This document shows positions 15,386 to 24,699 of a DNA stretch of 44,206 bases, in pieces (position 1 is the stretch's first letter; each line of letters begins with the position of its first letter). The notes beneath the pieces were generated by a model. That model was not told where the DNA came from. It did no database searches and saw nothing but the letters and a program-made list of their open reading frames with translations. The DNA comes from a virus: positions 1-44,206 of IMG/VR virus record IMGVR_UViG_3300009826_000008; one strand, given 5' to 3'. The translations under genes were made by a program, and so were the position numbers.

Positions 15386-15836
15386 GGCTCGTGGTAAAAA
15401 CTCTCGCAGGGTTGGGAAGCTCAATGAAAAACATGCGAAGAATGTTCTCGAAGCAGCAGGATGGTATGTATCAGATACCGAGATTGCTGGTCTTGAGGGC
15501 GATGATATATTCGCCAAAGACCCAGACGGAGTATGGTGGAGTGTTGAGGTAAAGGCTAGAGCTACTTGGAACAAAGAATATGTGGCTCAAGCAATGAACC
15601 AAGCGCAAGCTAGACATGCACAGATACAGGCTGGGATGAAAGACCCTGTAAAGGCAGCGAACTATAAGATACTTGGCATAGATAAGTATAGCTATCGACA
15701 ATGGATGGTTATGTTTAGACCAAGAGACATAAACTTCGCTGGAAGAATGTTTATATGCGTACATAAACGCCTCAAGAGCAACCAGACAGTTGCTACAATA
15801 ATGGGCGATGTACATGGTAATGTAACCGAACTTTAG
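15348..15836 (+). CDS. Hjc-type PD-(D/E)XK endonuclease (putative Holliday-junction resolvase)
   Basis: The pattern GKLNEKHAKNVLEAAGWYV...GDDIFA...WSVEVKA fits the E...D...E-x-K layout of archaeal-type resolvases. Confidence 0.55.
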   Translation: MAIPKTRKPHSHKARGKNSRRVGKLNEKHAKNVLEAAGWYVSDTEIAGLEGDDIFAKDPDGVWWSVEVKARATWNKEYVAQAMNQAQARHAQIQAGMKDPVKAANYKILGIDKYSYRQWMVMFRPRDINFAGRMFICVHKRLKSNQTVATIMGDVHGNVTEL

Positions 15837-15845
15837 GAGTAAGAG

Positions 15846-16622
15846 TTGAAAGCTAAGTTAAAGAGAACGAAGGCTGATGTGGAGCGTATAGTGATTATCA
15901 GTGATATTCACTTCCCATATCATGACCCAATAGCGTTAACAACTGCGCTATCATTTATCAAAGCTCAGAAGCCACACACAGTAATCATGAATGGTGACGT
16001 GGTAGACCATTTCGCAATCAGTAAGTATTGCAATGAGTCAGAGAGAGTAACTGGAGAATTTGAAGTTGAGGTAGCACTGGCTAAGTCATTCTTCAAAGAC
16101 CTGCGCAAATTAGTGGGACCAGATGCTACAATAATTTGGAATGAGGGCAATCATGAGGTTCGCCTAAAGCAGTACATCATGGCAAATGCACCAGCGCTGG
16201 CGGGGCTAGAGTGCCTAACAATGGAAGGACTGTATGAACTAGATGAGTACGGCATTATTTATAACCACGCTCGTAATCGCGGTGCTTTTATTAATCTTGG
16301 TGGTGTTAACATTGGGCATTTTGATGTTGTTAGCAAGCACTCAGCGTATACTGCTAAAAACTTGGTTGATGCACACCATACAAGCATCGTACAGGGGCAT
16401 ACCCACAGGCTCGGAGTCCATTACAAGACTACTCTCAATGGTACAGTCAAAGGAGTTGAAGGAGGGTGTCTCTGTAGTACGGAGCCTTCCTATCTTGATA
16501 CTTGCAACTGGCAACAAGGATTAGTTTTGATGGAGCGAGAGCGTGGAAATGATAGGTACAACATAACAGAAGTGCCAATCATTGAGGGAAAGATTTTGTT
16601 AGGTGGCATTAGGTATGAGTAA
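15846..16622 (+). CDS. Calcineurin-like metallophosphoesterase
   Basis: Motifs SDIHFPYHD, NGDVVDH, GNHE and GHTH are present. TTG start follows AGGAG. Confidence 0.8.
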   Translation: MKAKLKRTKADVERIVIISDIHFPYHDPIALTTALSFIKAQKPHTVIMNGDVVDHFAISKYCNESERVTGEFEVEVALAKSFFKDLRKLVGPDATIIWNEGNHEVRLKQYIMANAPALAGLECLTMEGLYELDEYGIIYNHARNRGAFINLGGVNIGHFDVVSKHSAYTAKNLVDAHHTSIVQGHTHRLGVHYKTTLNGTVKGVEGGCLCSTEPSYLDTCNWQQGLVLMERERGNDRYNITEVPIIEGKILLGGIRYE

Positions 16623-16923
16623 GTTGTTTAATGATATATACTGCCTAGAGTCAAAGGGTGTGCTGGCTGTTGCTAGTGCGCCCTTCTGCGGCTCTTGTCC
16701 AGCAGTTAAGCACAAAGCCAAAGAGCTCGCTGACGAGTTAGGTTTTTCTTATCTAGATTTTGATGTGACTACACCAGAGGGCGTACAAGCAGCAGCTATG
16801 CTAAAGGTGGAAAGTTTACCAACGTTAATCTTTACTACTGGAGGTAGAGCGCGAGGAAAGTATGTTGGCTCTACAGCAGTAAAGAACATGAAAAGTATGC
16901 TTGAGGAGCTGTATAACAAATGA
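16615..16923 (+). CDS. Thioredoxin/glutaredoxin-fold protein
   Basis: CGSC redox motif, a cis-Pro-type LPT motif and a size of about 100 aa. Confidence 0.6.
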   Translation: MSKLFNDIYCLESKGVLAVASAPFCGSCPAVKHKAKELADELGFSYLDFDVTTPEGVQAAAMLKVESLPTLIFTTGGRARGKYVGSTAVKNMKSMLEELYNK

Positions 16924-17087
16924 GAACAACATGGTTCGGATTCGCGAAGATGTCACCAGAAAACACAACGTTAGCAATTATTCACATGCAAAAGCATGGC
17001 ATCTCTGGTAGAGGTATACTTGATGAGCTGAATAGAAGGGCTCAGCATGAGGATATAGAAGAAGCAAAAGACCATCTTGGGTGGTAA
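16920..17087 (+). CDS. 55-aa hypothetical ORF
   Basis: ATGA overlap with the upstream stop. It ends 1 nt before the next ATG. Translated by hand. Confidence 0.45.
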   Translation: MRTTWFGFAKMSPENTTLAIIHMQKHGISGRGILDELNRRAQHEDIEEAKDHLGW

Positions 17088-17088
17088 C

Positions 17089-17286
17089 ATGTCTAGAATA
17101 AAAAGATTCCTTGAGAACCTAGATACTGATTGCCTATCATGCGGCTGGGAGTATGAAGACTCTGATTATGAGTTTAAGTATGACTATGATAATAGGTGCC
17201 AATTTCCACCCTGTAGTTTTTGCTCTGTAAATAGCTCTGAGAAGCCACAGGAAGCTCCGTGTGGCACATCTTTTAGAGAGAGGTAG
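17089..17286 (+). CDS. Cys-rich hypothetical protein (65 aa)
   Basis: ATG 17089 is in frame with track ORF 17077..17286. Contains CLSC...CSFC. Confidence 0.6.
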   Translation: MSRIKRFLENLDTDCLSCGWEYEDSDYEFKYDYDNRCQFPPCSFCSVNSSEKPQEAPCGTSFRER

Positions 17287-17296
17287 GTAGATATGC

Positions 17297-17494
17297 ATGT
17301 CTAACGAACACGCCCTTACAAAGGCTTACACAGCCTCACATCAACTGCTCAATGAGGCACTATTAGCCTCAGATGATAGAACCAAGTGTGAGGTGTGGAC
17401 TAGGATTATGGGTTACCACAGACCAAAATCATCTGCCAACACTGGCAAGCAGGGAGAAATGAAGGAGAGGGTTTACTTTGAAGTATCCGAGTGA
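17297..17494 (+). CDS. Stand-alone mini-protein resembling the glycyl-radical C-terminus of class III ribonucleotide reductase NrdD
   Basis: TRIMGYHRPKSSANTGKQGEMKERVYF fits the R-[IV]-x-G-Y...N-x-G-K-x-x-E...R pattern of NrdD C-termini. Only 65 aa. Confidence 0.5.
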   Translation: MSNEHALTKAYTASHQLLNEALLASDDRTKCEVWTRIMGYHRPKSSANTGKQGEMKERVYFEVSE

Positions 17495-17756
17495 TATGGT
17501 GAACTCACCAGCACACTACACTAGTGGAACTAAAGAGACAATAGATATTATTGATGAAGTAGTTGATGACCCAGCCAGCTACTATAAAGGCAATATCATT
17601 AAATATATTAGCCGCCACCAATTAAAAGGTGAACCAATATCAGACCTAAAGAAGGCTGATTGGTACCTTAAACGACTCCTTGAGCTAACACAGAAGGAGC
17701 TTGAGGAAGTCCCCGGTGGTAATAATAACTTCTTGAAGGAGGTCATATGTACTTAG
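17478..17756 (+). CDS. DUF3310-family phage protein
   Basis: VNSPAHYTSG...ETIDII...YYKGNIIKYI.R pattern. AAGGAGAGG precedes TTG 17478. An alternative ATG lies at 17496. Confidence 0.6.
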   Translation: MKYPSDMVNSPAHYTSGTKETIDIIDEVVDDPASYYKGNIIKYISRHQLKGEPISDLKKADWYLKRLLELTQKELEEVPGGNNNFLKEVICT

Positions 17757-17920
17757 GCTGTCCTTTATCGAGTGATAAGAAACTTCTTACAAGAAGATAC
17801 AGCTCAATGCAAAATTAGGGATTCAGTGTGAATGTTGCACTTATACATGATAGGTATTATGCGATTATAAGAATAAGATAACAAAAGGATATATATTACA
17901 TACATAGTCTAACAAACAAA

Positions 17921-17964
17921 TAAAACCCCTACAGTCTTTGACCCAGCAACTGTAGGGGTTTTTT
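17921..17964. terminator. Bidirectional rho-independent terminator at the convergence of the two arms
   Basis: 9-bp stem cccctacag/ctgtagggg, flanked by an A-run on the left and T6 on the right. Confidence 0.8.
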
Positions 17965-17976
17965 AGTGACGTAACG

Positions 17977-20900
17977 CTACCAACGTAGCTGTACTTCACG
18001 GAACCTGTTACCGCCATCCTCGTTCCACTGCCTCAGTCGAGAACTGGTGGACGTGAACTCCGGAACAATAGTGTCCGCTCTAGTGTTTGGTGGTACAAAG
18101 TAACTCATACCTGTTGTAGTGTCTGTTATCAATCTTCCCTCATTAGATGTACCGAGGTTACTGATAAGACTACTGGTTCTGTTTTGAGACCTAAACTGAA
18201 GGTCTTGTGCCTCCCATGCTGGTGGCAATGGTCTTCCAGACGTATAGAACTCTTTACCCTCTGGAGACCTTCTCCAAGAACTGCCCAGAGAGCCTAGCAC
18301 ATTAGGATTTGGGTTCATCAGTAGACCAGCTACGATATCTTCATCTGACAGTTCAGGGCTTCTCTCATGCTCAGGAACTCCAGCTGATGCTTGAGCTGAC
18401 CTAACCAAAGCGTTATCAGCCTGAACATCACGCACGTGCGCCTGTATGGCTGCTTGTGCTGCTGGAGAGGAGTGTACTTCGTTCAGCATTGATATGGCAC
18501 GATTCTCATTGTCAATGTTTCTATCCGCTCTCTCCTCACCCTCTCGCGTTGAGGCAAGTGGGTTGAAGTTTAAAAATGGAGCATCTTGAGCCAGCATTTG
18601 AGATAGTGGCGTTCTGCTCCACACGTCATCTAGACTAGTGATTGAGCCACTTGCGAACATTGACATAAGCTCATCACGCATCTCATCTTCACCAACATTA
18701 ATCATCATTCTACCTACATCAACAGGACTCATTACTTGCCTGTTGTTTAATATTTCAGCAGCAGACCTTCTTCTGTCTAGACTTCTTTCAGCTCTGCTAG
18801 CATGGTGTGCTAGTGTTCTCTGATTTGGGTTCTGACCGATAAGAGTCTGGAAGAACGGCAGAGAGCCCTCAAGGGTTGTCTCGCCCGGTATTCCAACATC
18901 ATATCCAAGGGACTGAAGTGTACCTCTTATAGAGTCTGGTACAGCCTCATGCTTAGCAGCTGCCTGTGCAGCCAAATCACCAAATCTAAGAGCCTGTCCA
19001 GCAGGAACATCTGTTCCTCTAACACGCACAGTGGGTGGAAGCATCAAGCTAAGGTCTCTTAACTTAGTCTGAGTTAGGTCTTCAGTGGCTCTATTCTCGT
19101 TGTCTCTACTAGCTTCATCTTCTGCTGTTGCTCTTGCAAAGTCGTATGCGGTCTGCAAAATAGGAGAGAATGTTGGGAACGCTTGATTCTCAGCATACTC
19201 CAATAGGGGTGCTCCCCAATGTCCTCTACCTTCATCACTGTCAGCCAAGCCTCGCTCTACAGATTCTCTTATTGTTAATGGAAGCTCCCTAGATACACTA
19301 ATGGGACTAGACCACATAAGGTTCTCTAATCTGCCATCAGGCAACTGAATAGGCATATGAGCATCCATAAGGGCACCGCTGTTAGCTTGTTGTCTTAGTG
19401 GGTCATGCTCATCCCTCCAGTTCTGAGTTATGTTACTGAACCTCTGGTATGCAGGGATGGCTTCTGGAGCATTAACAGCCATACGTCTTAGCTTTTCAAG
19501 TTGAAACGTAGCAAATGGGTTAACCACTCTAGCATCATTGACAAAAGCAGACTGAGAGCGTCCACCATAATCATACATAATGTTGTCTGCGCTACGAGCA
19601 GCGTTATATGGGTCTACGCCTCTACGCATCTCACGGTCTATATGAGAGGCTCTAGCACGTGACTCGACAGTTCTCATCTGCCTGATAGGCTTAGCAGGTC
19701 TTCCAGTAACACGCTCAGTACCAGCCTGACTTGCTATGGTAGATACAGCACCTCTATTAGCACCCTTTGGAGCTACGCCACCAGAGTAAGCAATATCTCT
19801 GAATAGTGGGCTTACATTATCTGGGGAACCATACCCTCCGAACTGTAGAAGGTTTCTAAGTTCTTGTGGGTTCTCTGTGAATGCTTCGGTGAACTGTCTG
19901 CCACCCACAGTCTTTCTTGGGTCAGAGCCAGCCATAGCATGAGAGCTGTAGTTACCACTCCAGTTTCGCCAATGGAATCTAGGTGACAATGTGGTTATAT
20001 TGCTAACCATATTTTGCTGTAGATTTCCAGCATGATATCCAAGAACACCCTCACCAACAGAGCCTAGTTGCATGTTGGCTCTTTCAAATCCCATAACAGA
20101 ATTATATTCTAGCCTATTCGCTCTAGACAAAGTACTGGGCATATCAGCAAATCCATCATTTGTTGGAACGATGGTATTAGTAGGGACTACATCATTCTTG
20201 CCGAGGGGTCTGGCTACATGGTTGCTCATGTCTGCTCTAGATACCCACCCATTACTAGGAACACCATTCTTGCCACGCATCGCAGCTGGCAATCTGAACA
20301 TCTGAACGCCATTTTCAACATCCATTGGAAGTCTTGTGCCTCCAGTATTGTCGACAAGGGCTGAGTAATAATTCAAATCATTATCACGCATCTTGCTTGA
20401 TGTACCATTCCTAATTTGAGCTGCTCTTGGGTCTAGCTCATAACCAATAGTGGCACGACCACTAGGCATATCATTTGACTTAGGGTACATCAGTTGTCCA
20501 CGATTGTCAATAATGAGTCTTGGGTCTAATTCATCAGCTCGTGTTATCCCATGCTCTAGAGCTAGTGACTCTCTTTGTTCCGGTGATAAACCTCTCCACA
20601 ATTGTTTCTGCTTCTCAGAGTCAGTCATAGTTCTTCGAGGTGTACCAGCAGACAAGTTCGGTGCTATATCACGATGAACTTCAGGTCTTTGTCTTCCTGC
20701 GATATGGAAAGCGTCTGAACCTCCATGAGCACTGTAAAGAAGTGAATCCTCAGCATTGGACATTTGAGCCTGTGCAGATGTTTTTGTGGTATCTTCAGCA
20801 CCACGCGTAGACTGAGACGCAGAACGTCTTGAAGACATACGCGCAGCTGTATTGCTCTTGTGTGTTGGCATATACTGACCCATGTTACCAGCAGAAGCTA

Positions 20901-23900
20901 CACTCTCTTTGCGTGCCTGTCTCCCTGCCATTCCGGGTAGTCCAGAATCTCGAACAGAGAATAACTGGTATGGGGCATTAGAGCCAGCAGCAGCTCCGCG
21001 TTGCCCAGCAGCAATAGCCTCTACTCTATCTATTGAGTTAGCTATAATAAGGTCTTGTGTTACCGCTACAGACTCATCCATAACAAATCTCACAGCATTC
21101 TCATGAGTGTATGGTTGCCCTGTAGACAGCTCTACAGACTTTCTAAATGATGGACTATCAAACTGTGCTACTTTTTTGGCGGCACCAGAGTGAGTGAGAA
21201 CTGGTGTACCATTGGCAAAGGTACTTCTCATGATAACGTCAGCAGCATCATCCATGCGCACACGACCACCACTAAGAGCATCGCGAGTTATTGAGGATAT
21301 GGAGCGATTATCAACACTGCTAACATGAGTCCCAGTGAATATTTCACCAACATTCCTATCAACAAAGTCACTACTACCAATTCTTCCCGAGTTTAAATCT
21401 TGAGAAATGCTTCTTCTAAGTCCTACCACTCCAGAGCGGAAGTCATCCAAGTTGTCGGGACTGACTCCTCGTGCTGTTATCTCAACAAACTCTCCATTAC
21501 TCATATATGGAGCACGAAGACCTGTTTCACTCAGAGACCTAAGCTGTGCATTTTCAGAGAACTGTACATACCTAGAGCCTGAAAGGTGTTGCATGGTGTC
21601 ATTCCACTGCCTATTAGAAGCAGTCTTACCGAATACACTTGAGAAATTAGATTCTTGCTTTTTAAAGTATGACCGAACTGGATGACGTGTAGCACGACTT
21701 CCAACCCCAGCATCAGCAGCAGAACCAGATAGACTCATTCGCGCCTGTAAACCTGTGGCTTGAAGGTGTGTACTGACATCTTGAGCAGCTTTCCCTCCAA
21801 GCCTATTGTATGCTCTATCAAACGCCATATCAAACACTCTGCCAGATAAGGGGTCCTGCATAAATGGTCTTAGGTCGTCACCACTTCTAGCAGCGGTTTC
21901 TATATCAGATGCGATATCGGAAATAGTGCCAGAGTACCTCTTCCCTTGGAGTGTCTTAAGGTTACCCATAAAGCCACGCTCTAGACCAGTAAAGGCATCT
22001 CTAGACTGTTCTAGGTGCCTTATAGATTCTATATCAATCCTGCCAGAAGCAGAAGCTGCATCTTGTAGGTTGTCAGCTATCCTTCCAGAGACAGCAACAT
22101 CAGACATCATGTGTGGCTGCGGTGTAACGCCTGTGGCTGCATCCACAATAGACTTTACTGTAACAGGCTCAGATGTACCAGCTACCTTTCTAGCACCAGA
22201 TAGTTGGTCTACTGGGTTATTCTTCGCTAAATCTGCGAGGTGAGAAGCAACTCTTGACTCTGCACCAGCTGCCTTACCAGATGTTCTAGTTGCACCACTT
22301 ACTGCTCGTGTTGCAGATGGTGTTCTAGCTGCTCCTCTAATACCAGCTGCGAGGTAACCTATTGGGAGCAAGTTTGAAGTGTCCATTACAACATCACCAG
22401 CGATACCTGTTATTTGAGCACCAGTAGCTCCATGCTGGGTGCCAGTAATAAACGACTCGCCAAGGGAGTCTGCTCGCTGACTGTCATCAAACTCTCTAAC
22501 AGTATCCAGTGCAACATTAAAGTCTTCATGAGAGCGACCACGTGTAGGAGAGAAATTAAATACACCCTCCCAATATGATGGTATCTCTTCATTACTTCTG
22601 AGAACCTTCATGGCAGGTCGTGTTGTGTCCTCACCTAGAAGCATATTAGCCATTTGTACATCTTGCGCAGCTACAGCCCTCTGCTGTGGCATCTGTTGAC
22701 CACCAGCAAAGGCTCTACCTTGCTCAACGGTTATATCTCCCTGCTGAATCTGTCTTTGAAGTGTTGGACCGGGACGATGAACAATCTTATCCGTGTCACC
22801 TATAACTGGATTACCACGTTTAATCAGCGTGTAGTACCCACTACTCTCATCAATGCCGTAGTGCTTCAGAACATCGTCAATAAGCCCTGTTCTGGCAAGA
22901 CGTGTTGTTCCAGCATATCTGTCTAACTCAGCACCCTGAAAGGCTCTCGCCAGTATCTCTACAGCAGTGGTAGCCTTTTGACCATCTGTTCGGTCACCAG
23001 AAGAGTCAGCTATCCCAATAACAGCATCGAGCATATACTTGTGCTGAGCATCTGCACCCATTAAGTCTATCTCTTTCGGAGATAGTGATGTGTCACCCAC
23101 TATTTCACTTATAAGTGCGGCAGCATTAGCAGATGGAGTACCTCTTCCCGCTTCTGAACCAAAGGGATTTATATTCTCATATCCTTCTCTGATTTTAGCA
23201 GCCATCTCATGGTCGCCTCTGTCCTCATGCCACTGAGCCATCTGTTCCATGTTTTCAGTTCTAGTATTTAATTGTCTAGCAACTTGAGAATCAGACGGAG
23301 TTACTAGCGCATTCAGTGGTCCACTGAATACAGTTTGAAATAGATTATTTATATAGTTCTCGGTAGTACCGCCAAAATAAACATCCTTAAGCTCTGGCGC
23401 AATGTCAAAGTTGGTAATGACTCGTGGTACATTTTGCACTCCACCAAACTGAGCAACACTTCCGTCATCAGTTTCAAACATGTGGTTAAGTGTTAATGTT
23501 CTAGATACATACTCTTCACGCAGTCTGTCAAGTGCTTCAGAACGACTTACGTTGCCCAGTCCAGCAGTAGCAATGATTCTGTCAATCTCATCTCCACGCT
23601 CCCCACCAATAGAGTCAATGTCTAATCTATGACCCTGACTGAAAGTCAAATCAATTAGTCTAATGAGACCATTCTCTAAAATCTGCCTCTCAGCATTAAG
23701 GCGAGTTTCTGCATCGATGTTTCTGCCAGTTGCTATGGCATCACGATTCCATGCATTTCTACCTTCAACCCAATTATCAAGCTGCTGTTGAGATGTAAAA
23801 CCACCGATATGCCCACCAAAAACCCCCTGAGAAGGAAAGCTTAGTAAAGCCATATCATTTTGTTCTTTGTTGTTGGAGCGTGCAGCTGACAACAAGGCAG

Positions 23901-24690
23901 CCTCTGATACAAGCATCACAGACAGCTCTTCTGGACTGATGTTTCCGTTCCTGCGTATTAGTTCCATGTAGGCATCATCGTCTGACATGCCTACTTCTCG
24001 GAACCTAGACATAACACTGTCTCTAAACGTTGGATTCTGACTAGCACCCCAACCTTCACGGCTAGAACCATTCCTCGAATTGTGAGCCATAGACGGTGTA
24101 CTTACTAGTCCAGAACTTTCTCGTCTGGCATTAGCAAGTGCTGCACCCTGTTCAGCAGGAGTGCCCTGTAGTGGCTGTACTCCCGGAGCAAACGGTATAG
24201 TTGTCTGCTGATGTGGTCCATGCACTCCAGCTGGAGCATGCTGGACATTCACTTGTGCTTGTTGAACATCTTCTGCTCTCTGAAGCATTTGTTGACTCTG
24301 TTGCGTTATGTCAGCTATGCGAGCATCACGAGCTTGTTGATAATTGGAAATGTAGTCTCTGACTTGAGTAGAGTTAGGACTAAATACTTCATAATTCCAC
24401 TCATTTGGATTTTCCATAGTTCCCATGCCAACAAGATGTTGGAACTGGTGGCTATGCGCTGGAGCATTGCCGAACACCCTACCAAACTCGTCAGTAGCAA
24501 TGCCCCAGATTTGATTATTCTGGTCTGGCTCTACCCAACTATTTCCAGAGCGCACCCAGTTATCTCCGGGTCGTGCAGCTTGGAATTGGTTCTCTTCAAC
24601 CCTTCTAAAGAAGTTACGCTCGTGTTCTTGCCTGCGCAAAGTTGCTGCTCTATTTCTGTCAGACATCCAGTGACTCTGTGCGTTCGCCAT
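17977..24690 (-). CDS. Giant virion-associated protein, 2237 aa (candidate internal/ejection protein)
   Basis: Uninterrupted 6.7-kb ORF. It is the last gene of the late operon. No catalytic motif was recognised by eye. Confidence 0.85.
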   Translation of the reverse strand: MANAQSHWMSDRNRAATLRRQEHERNFFRRVEENQFQAARPGDNWVRSGNSWVEPDQNNQIWGIATDEFGRVFGNAPAHSHQFQHLVGMGTMENPNEWNYEVFSPNSTQVRDYISNYQQARDARIADITQQSQQMLQRAEDVQQAQVNVQHAPAGVHGPHQQTTIPFAPGVQPLQGTPAEQGAALANARRESSGLVSTPSMAHNSRNGSSREGWGASQNPTFRDSVMSRFREVGMSDDDAYMELIRRNGNISPEELSVMLVSEAALLSAARSNNKEQNDMALLSFPSQGVFGGHIGGFTSQQQLDNWVEGRNAWNRDAIATGRNIDAETRLNAERQILENGLIRLIDLTFSQGHRLDIDSIGGERGDEIDRIIATAGLGNVSRSEALDRLREEYVSRTLTLNHMFETDDGSVAQFGGVQNVPRVITNFDIAPELKDVYFGGTTENYINNLFQTVFSGPLNALVTPSDSQVARQLNTRTENMEQMAQWHEDRGDHEMAAKIREGYENINPFGSEAGRGTPSANAAALISEIVGDTSLSPKEIDLMGADAQHKYMLDAVIGIADSSGDRTDGQKATTAVEILARAFQGAELDRYAGTTRLARTGLIDDVLKHYGIDESSGYYTLIKRGNPVIGDTDKIVHRPGPTLQRQIQQGDITVEQGRAFAGGQQMPQQRAVAAQDVQMANMLLGEDTTRPAMKVLRSNEEIPSYWEGVFNFSPTRGRSHEDFNVALDTVREFDDSQRADSLGESFITGTQHGATGAQITGIAGDVVMDTSNLLPIGYLAAGIRGAARTPSATRAVSGATRTSGKAAGAESRVASHLADLAKNNPVDQLSGARKVAGTSEPVTVKSIVDAATGVTPQPHMMSDVAVSGRIADNLQDAASASGRIDIESIRHLEQSRDAFTGLERGFMGNLKTLQGKRYSGTISDIASDIETAARSGDDLRPFMQDPLSGRVFDMAFDRAYNRLGGKAAQDVSTHLQATGLQARMSLSGSAADAGVGSRATRHPVRSYFKKQESNFSSVFGKTASNRQWNDTMQHLSGSRYVQFSENAQLRSLSETGLRAPYMSNGEFVEITARGVSPDNLDDFRSGVVGLRRSISQDLNSGRIGSSDFVDRNVGEIFTGTHVSSVDNRSISSITRDALSGGRVRMDDAADVIMRSTFANGTPVLTHSGAAKKVAQFDSPSFRKSVELSTGQPYTHENAVRFVMDESVAVTQDLIIANSIDRVEAIAAGQRGAAAGSNAPYQLFSVRDSGLPGMAGRQARKESVASAGNMGQYMPTHKSNTAARMSSRRSASQSTRGAEDTTKTSAQAQMSNAEDSLLYSAHGGSDAFHIAGRQRPEVHRDIAPNLSAGTPRRTMTDSEKQKQLWRGLSPEQRESLALEHGITRADELDPRLIIDNRGQLMYPKSNDMPSGRATIGYELDPRAAQIRNGTSSKMRDNDLNYYSALVDNTGGTRLPMDVENGVQMFRLPAAMRGKNGVPSNGWVSRADMSNHVARPLGKNDVVPTNTIVPTNDGFADMPSTLSRANRLEYNSVMGFERANMQLGSVGEGVLGYHAGNLQQNMVSNITTLSPRFHWRNWSGNYSSHAMAGSDPRKTVGGRQFTEAFTENPQELRNLLQFGGYGSPDNVSPLFRDIAYSGGVAPKGANRGAVSTIASQAGTERVTGRPAKPIRQMRTVESRARASHIDREMRRGVDPYNAARSADNIMYDYGGRSQSAFVNDARVVNPFATFQLEKLRRMAVNAPEAIPAYQRFSNITQNWRDEHDPLRQQANSGALMDAHMPIQLPDGRLENLMWSSPISVSRELPLTIRESVERGLADSDEGRGHWGAPLLEYAENQAFPTFSPILQTAYDFARATAEDEASRDNENRATEDLTQTKLRDLSLMLPPTVRVRGTDVPAGQALRFGDLAAQAAAKHEAVPDSIRGTLQSLGYDVGIPGETTLEGSLPFFQTLIGQNPNQRTLAHHASRAERSLDRRRSAAEILNNRQVMSPVDVGRMMINVGEDEMRDELMSMFASGSITSLDDVWSRTPLSQMLAQDAPFLNFNPLASTREGEERADRNIDNENRAISMLNEVHSSPAAQAAIQAHVRDVQADNALVRSAQASAGVPEHERSPELSDEDIVAGLLMNPNPNVLGSLGSSWRRSPEGKEFYTSGRPLPPAWEAQDLQFRSQNRTSSLISNLGTSNEGRLITDTTTGMSYFVPPNTRADTIVPEFTSTSSRLRQWNEDGGNRFREVQLRW

Positions 24691-24699
24691 TGATAAATC

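Noticed and set aside
17941-17951. 11-mer cccagcaactg in the terminator loop also occurs at 8..18
   Set aside because: Many chance 11-mer matches are expected at this genome size.
17977-24690. Giant ORF as a tape-measure protein or a crAss/N4-like virion RNA polymerase
   Set aside because: No tube, sheath or tail-assembly chaperone genes accompany it. Its composition is not that of a helical tape measure. I found no DxDGD or similar polymerase motif by eye. It is left as unknown.
18638-24693. Numerous plus-strand ORFs of 60-160 aa inside the giant gene (for example 21806..22243 and 24211..24693)
   Set aside because: They are antisense shadows within a continuous 6.7-kb minus-strand ORF, with no RBSs.
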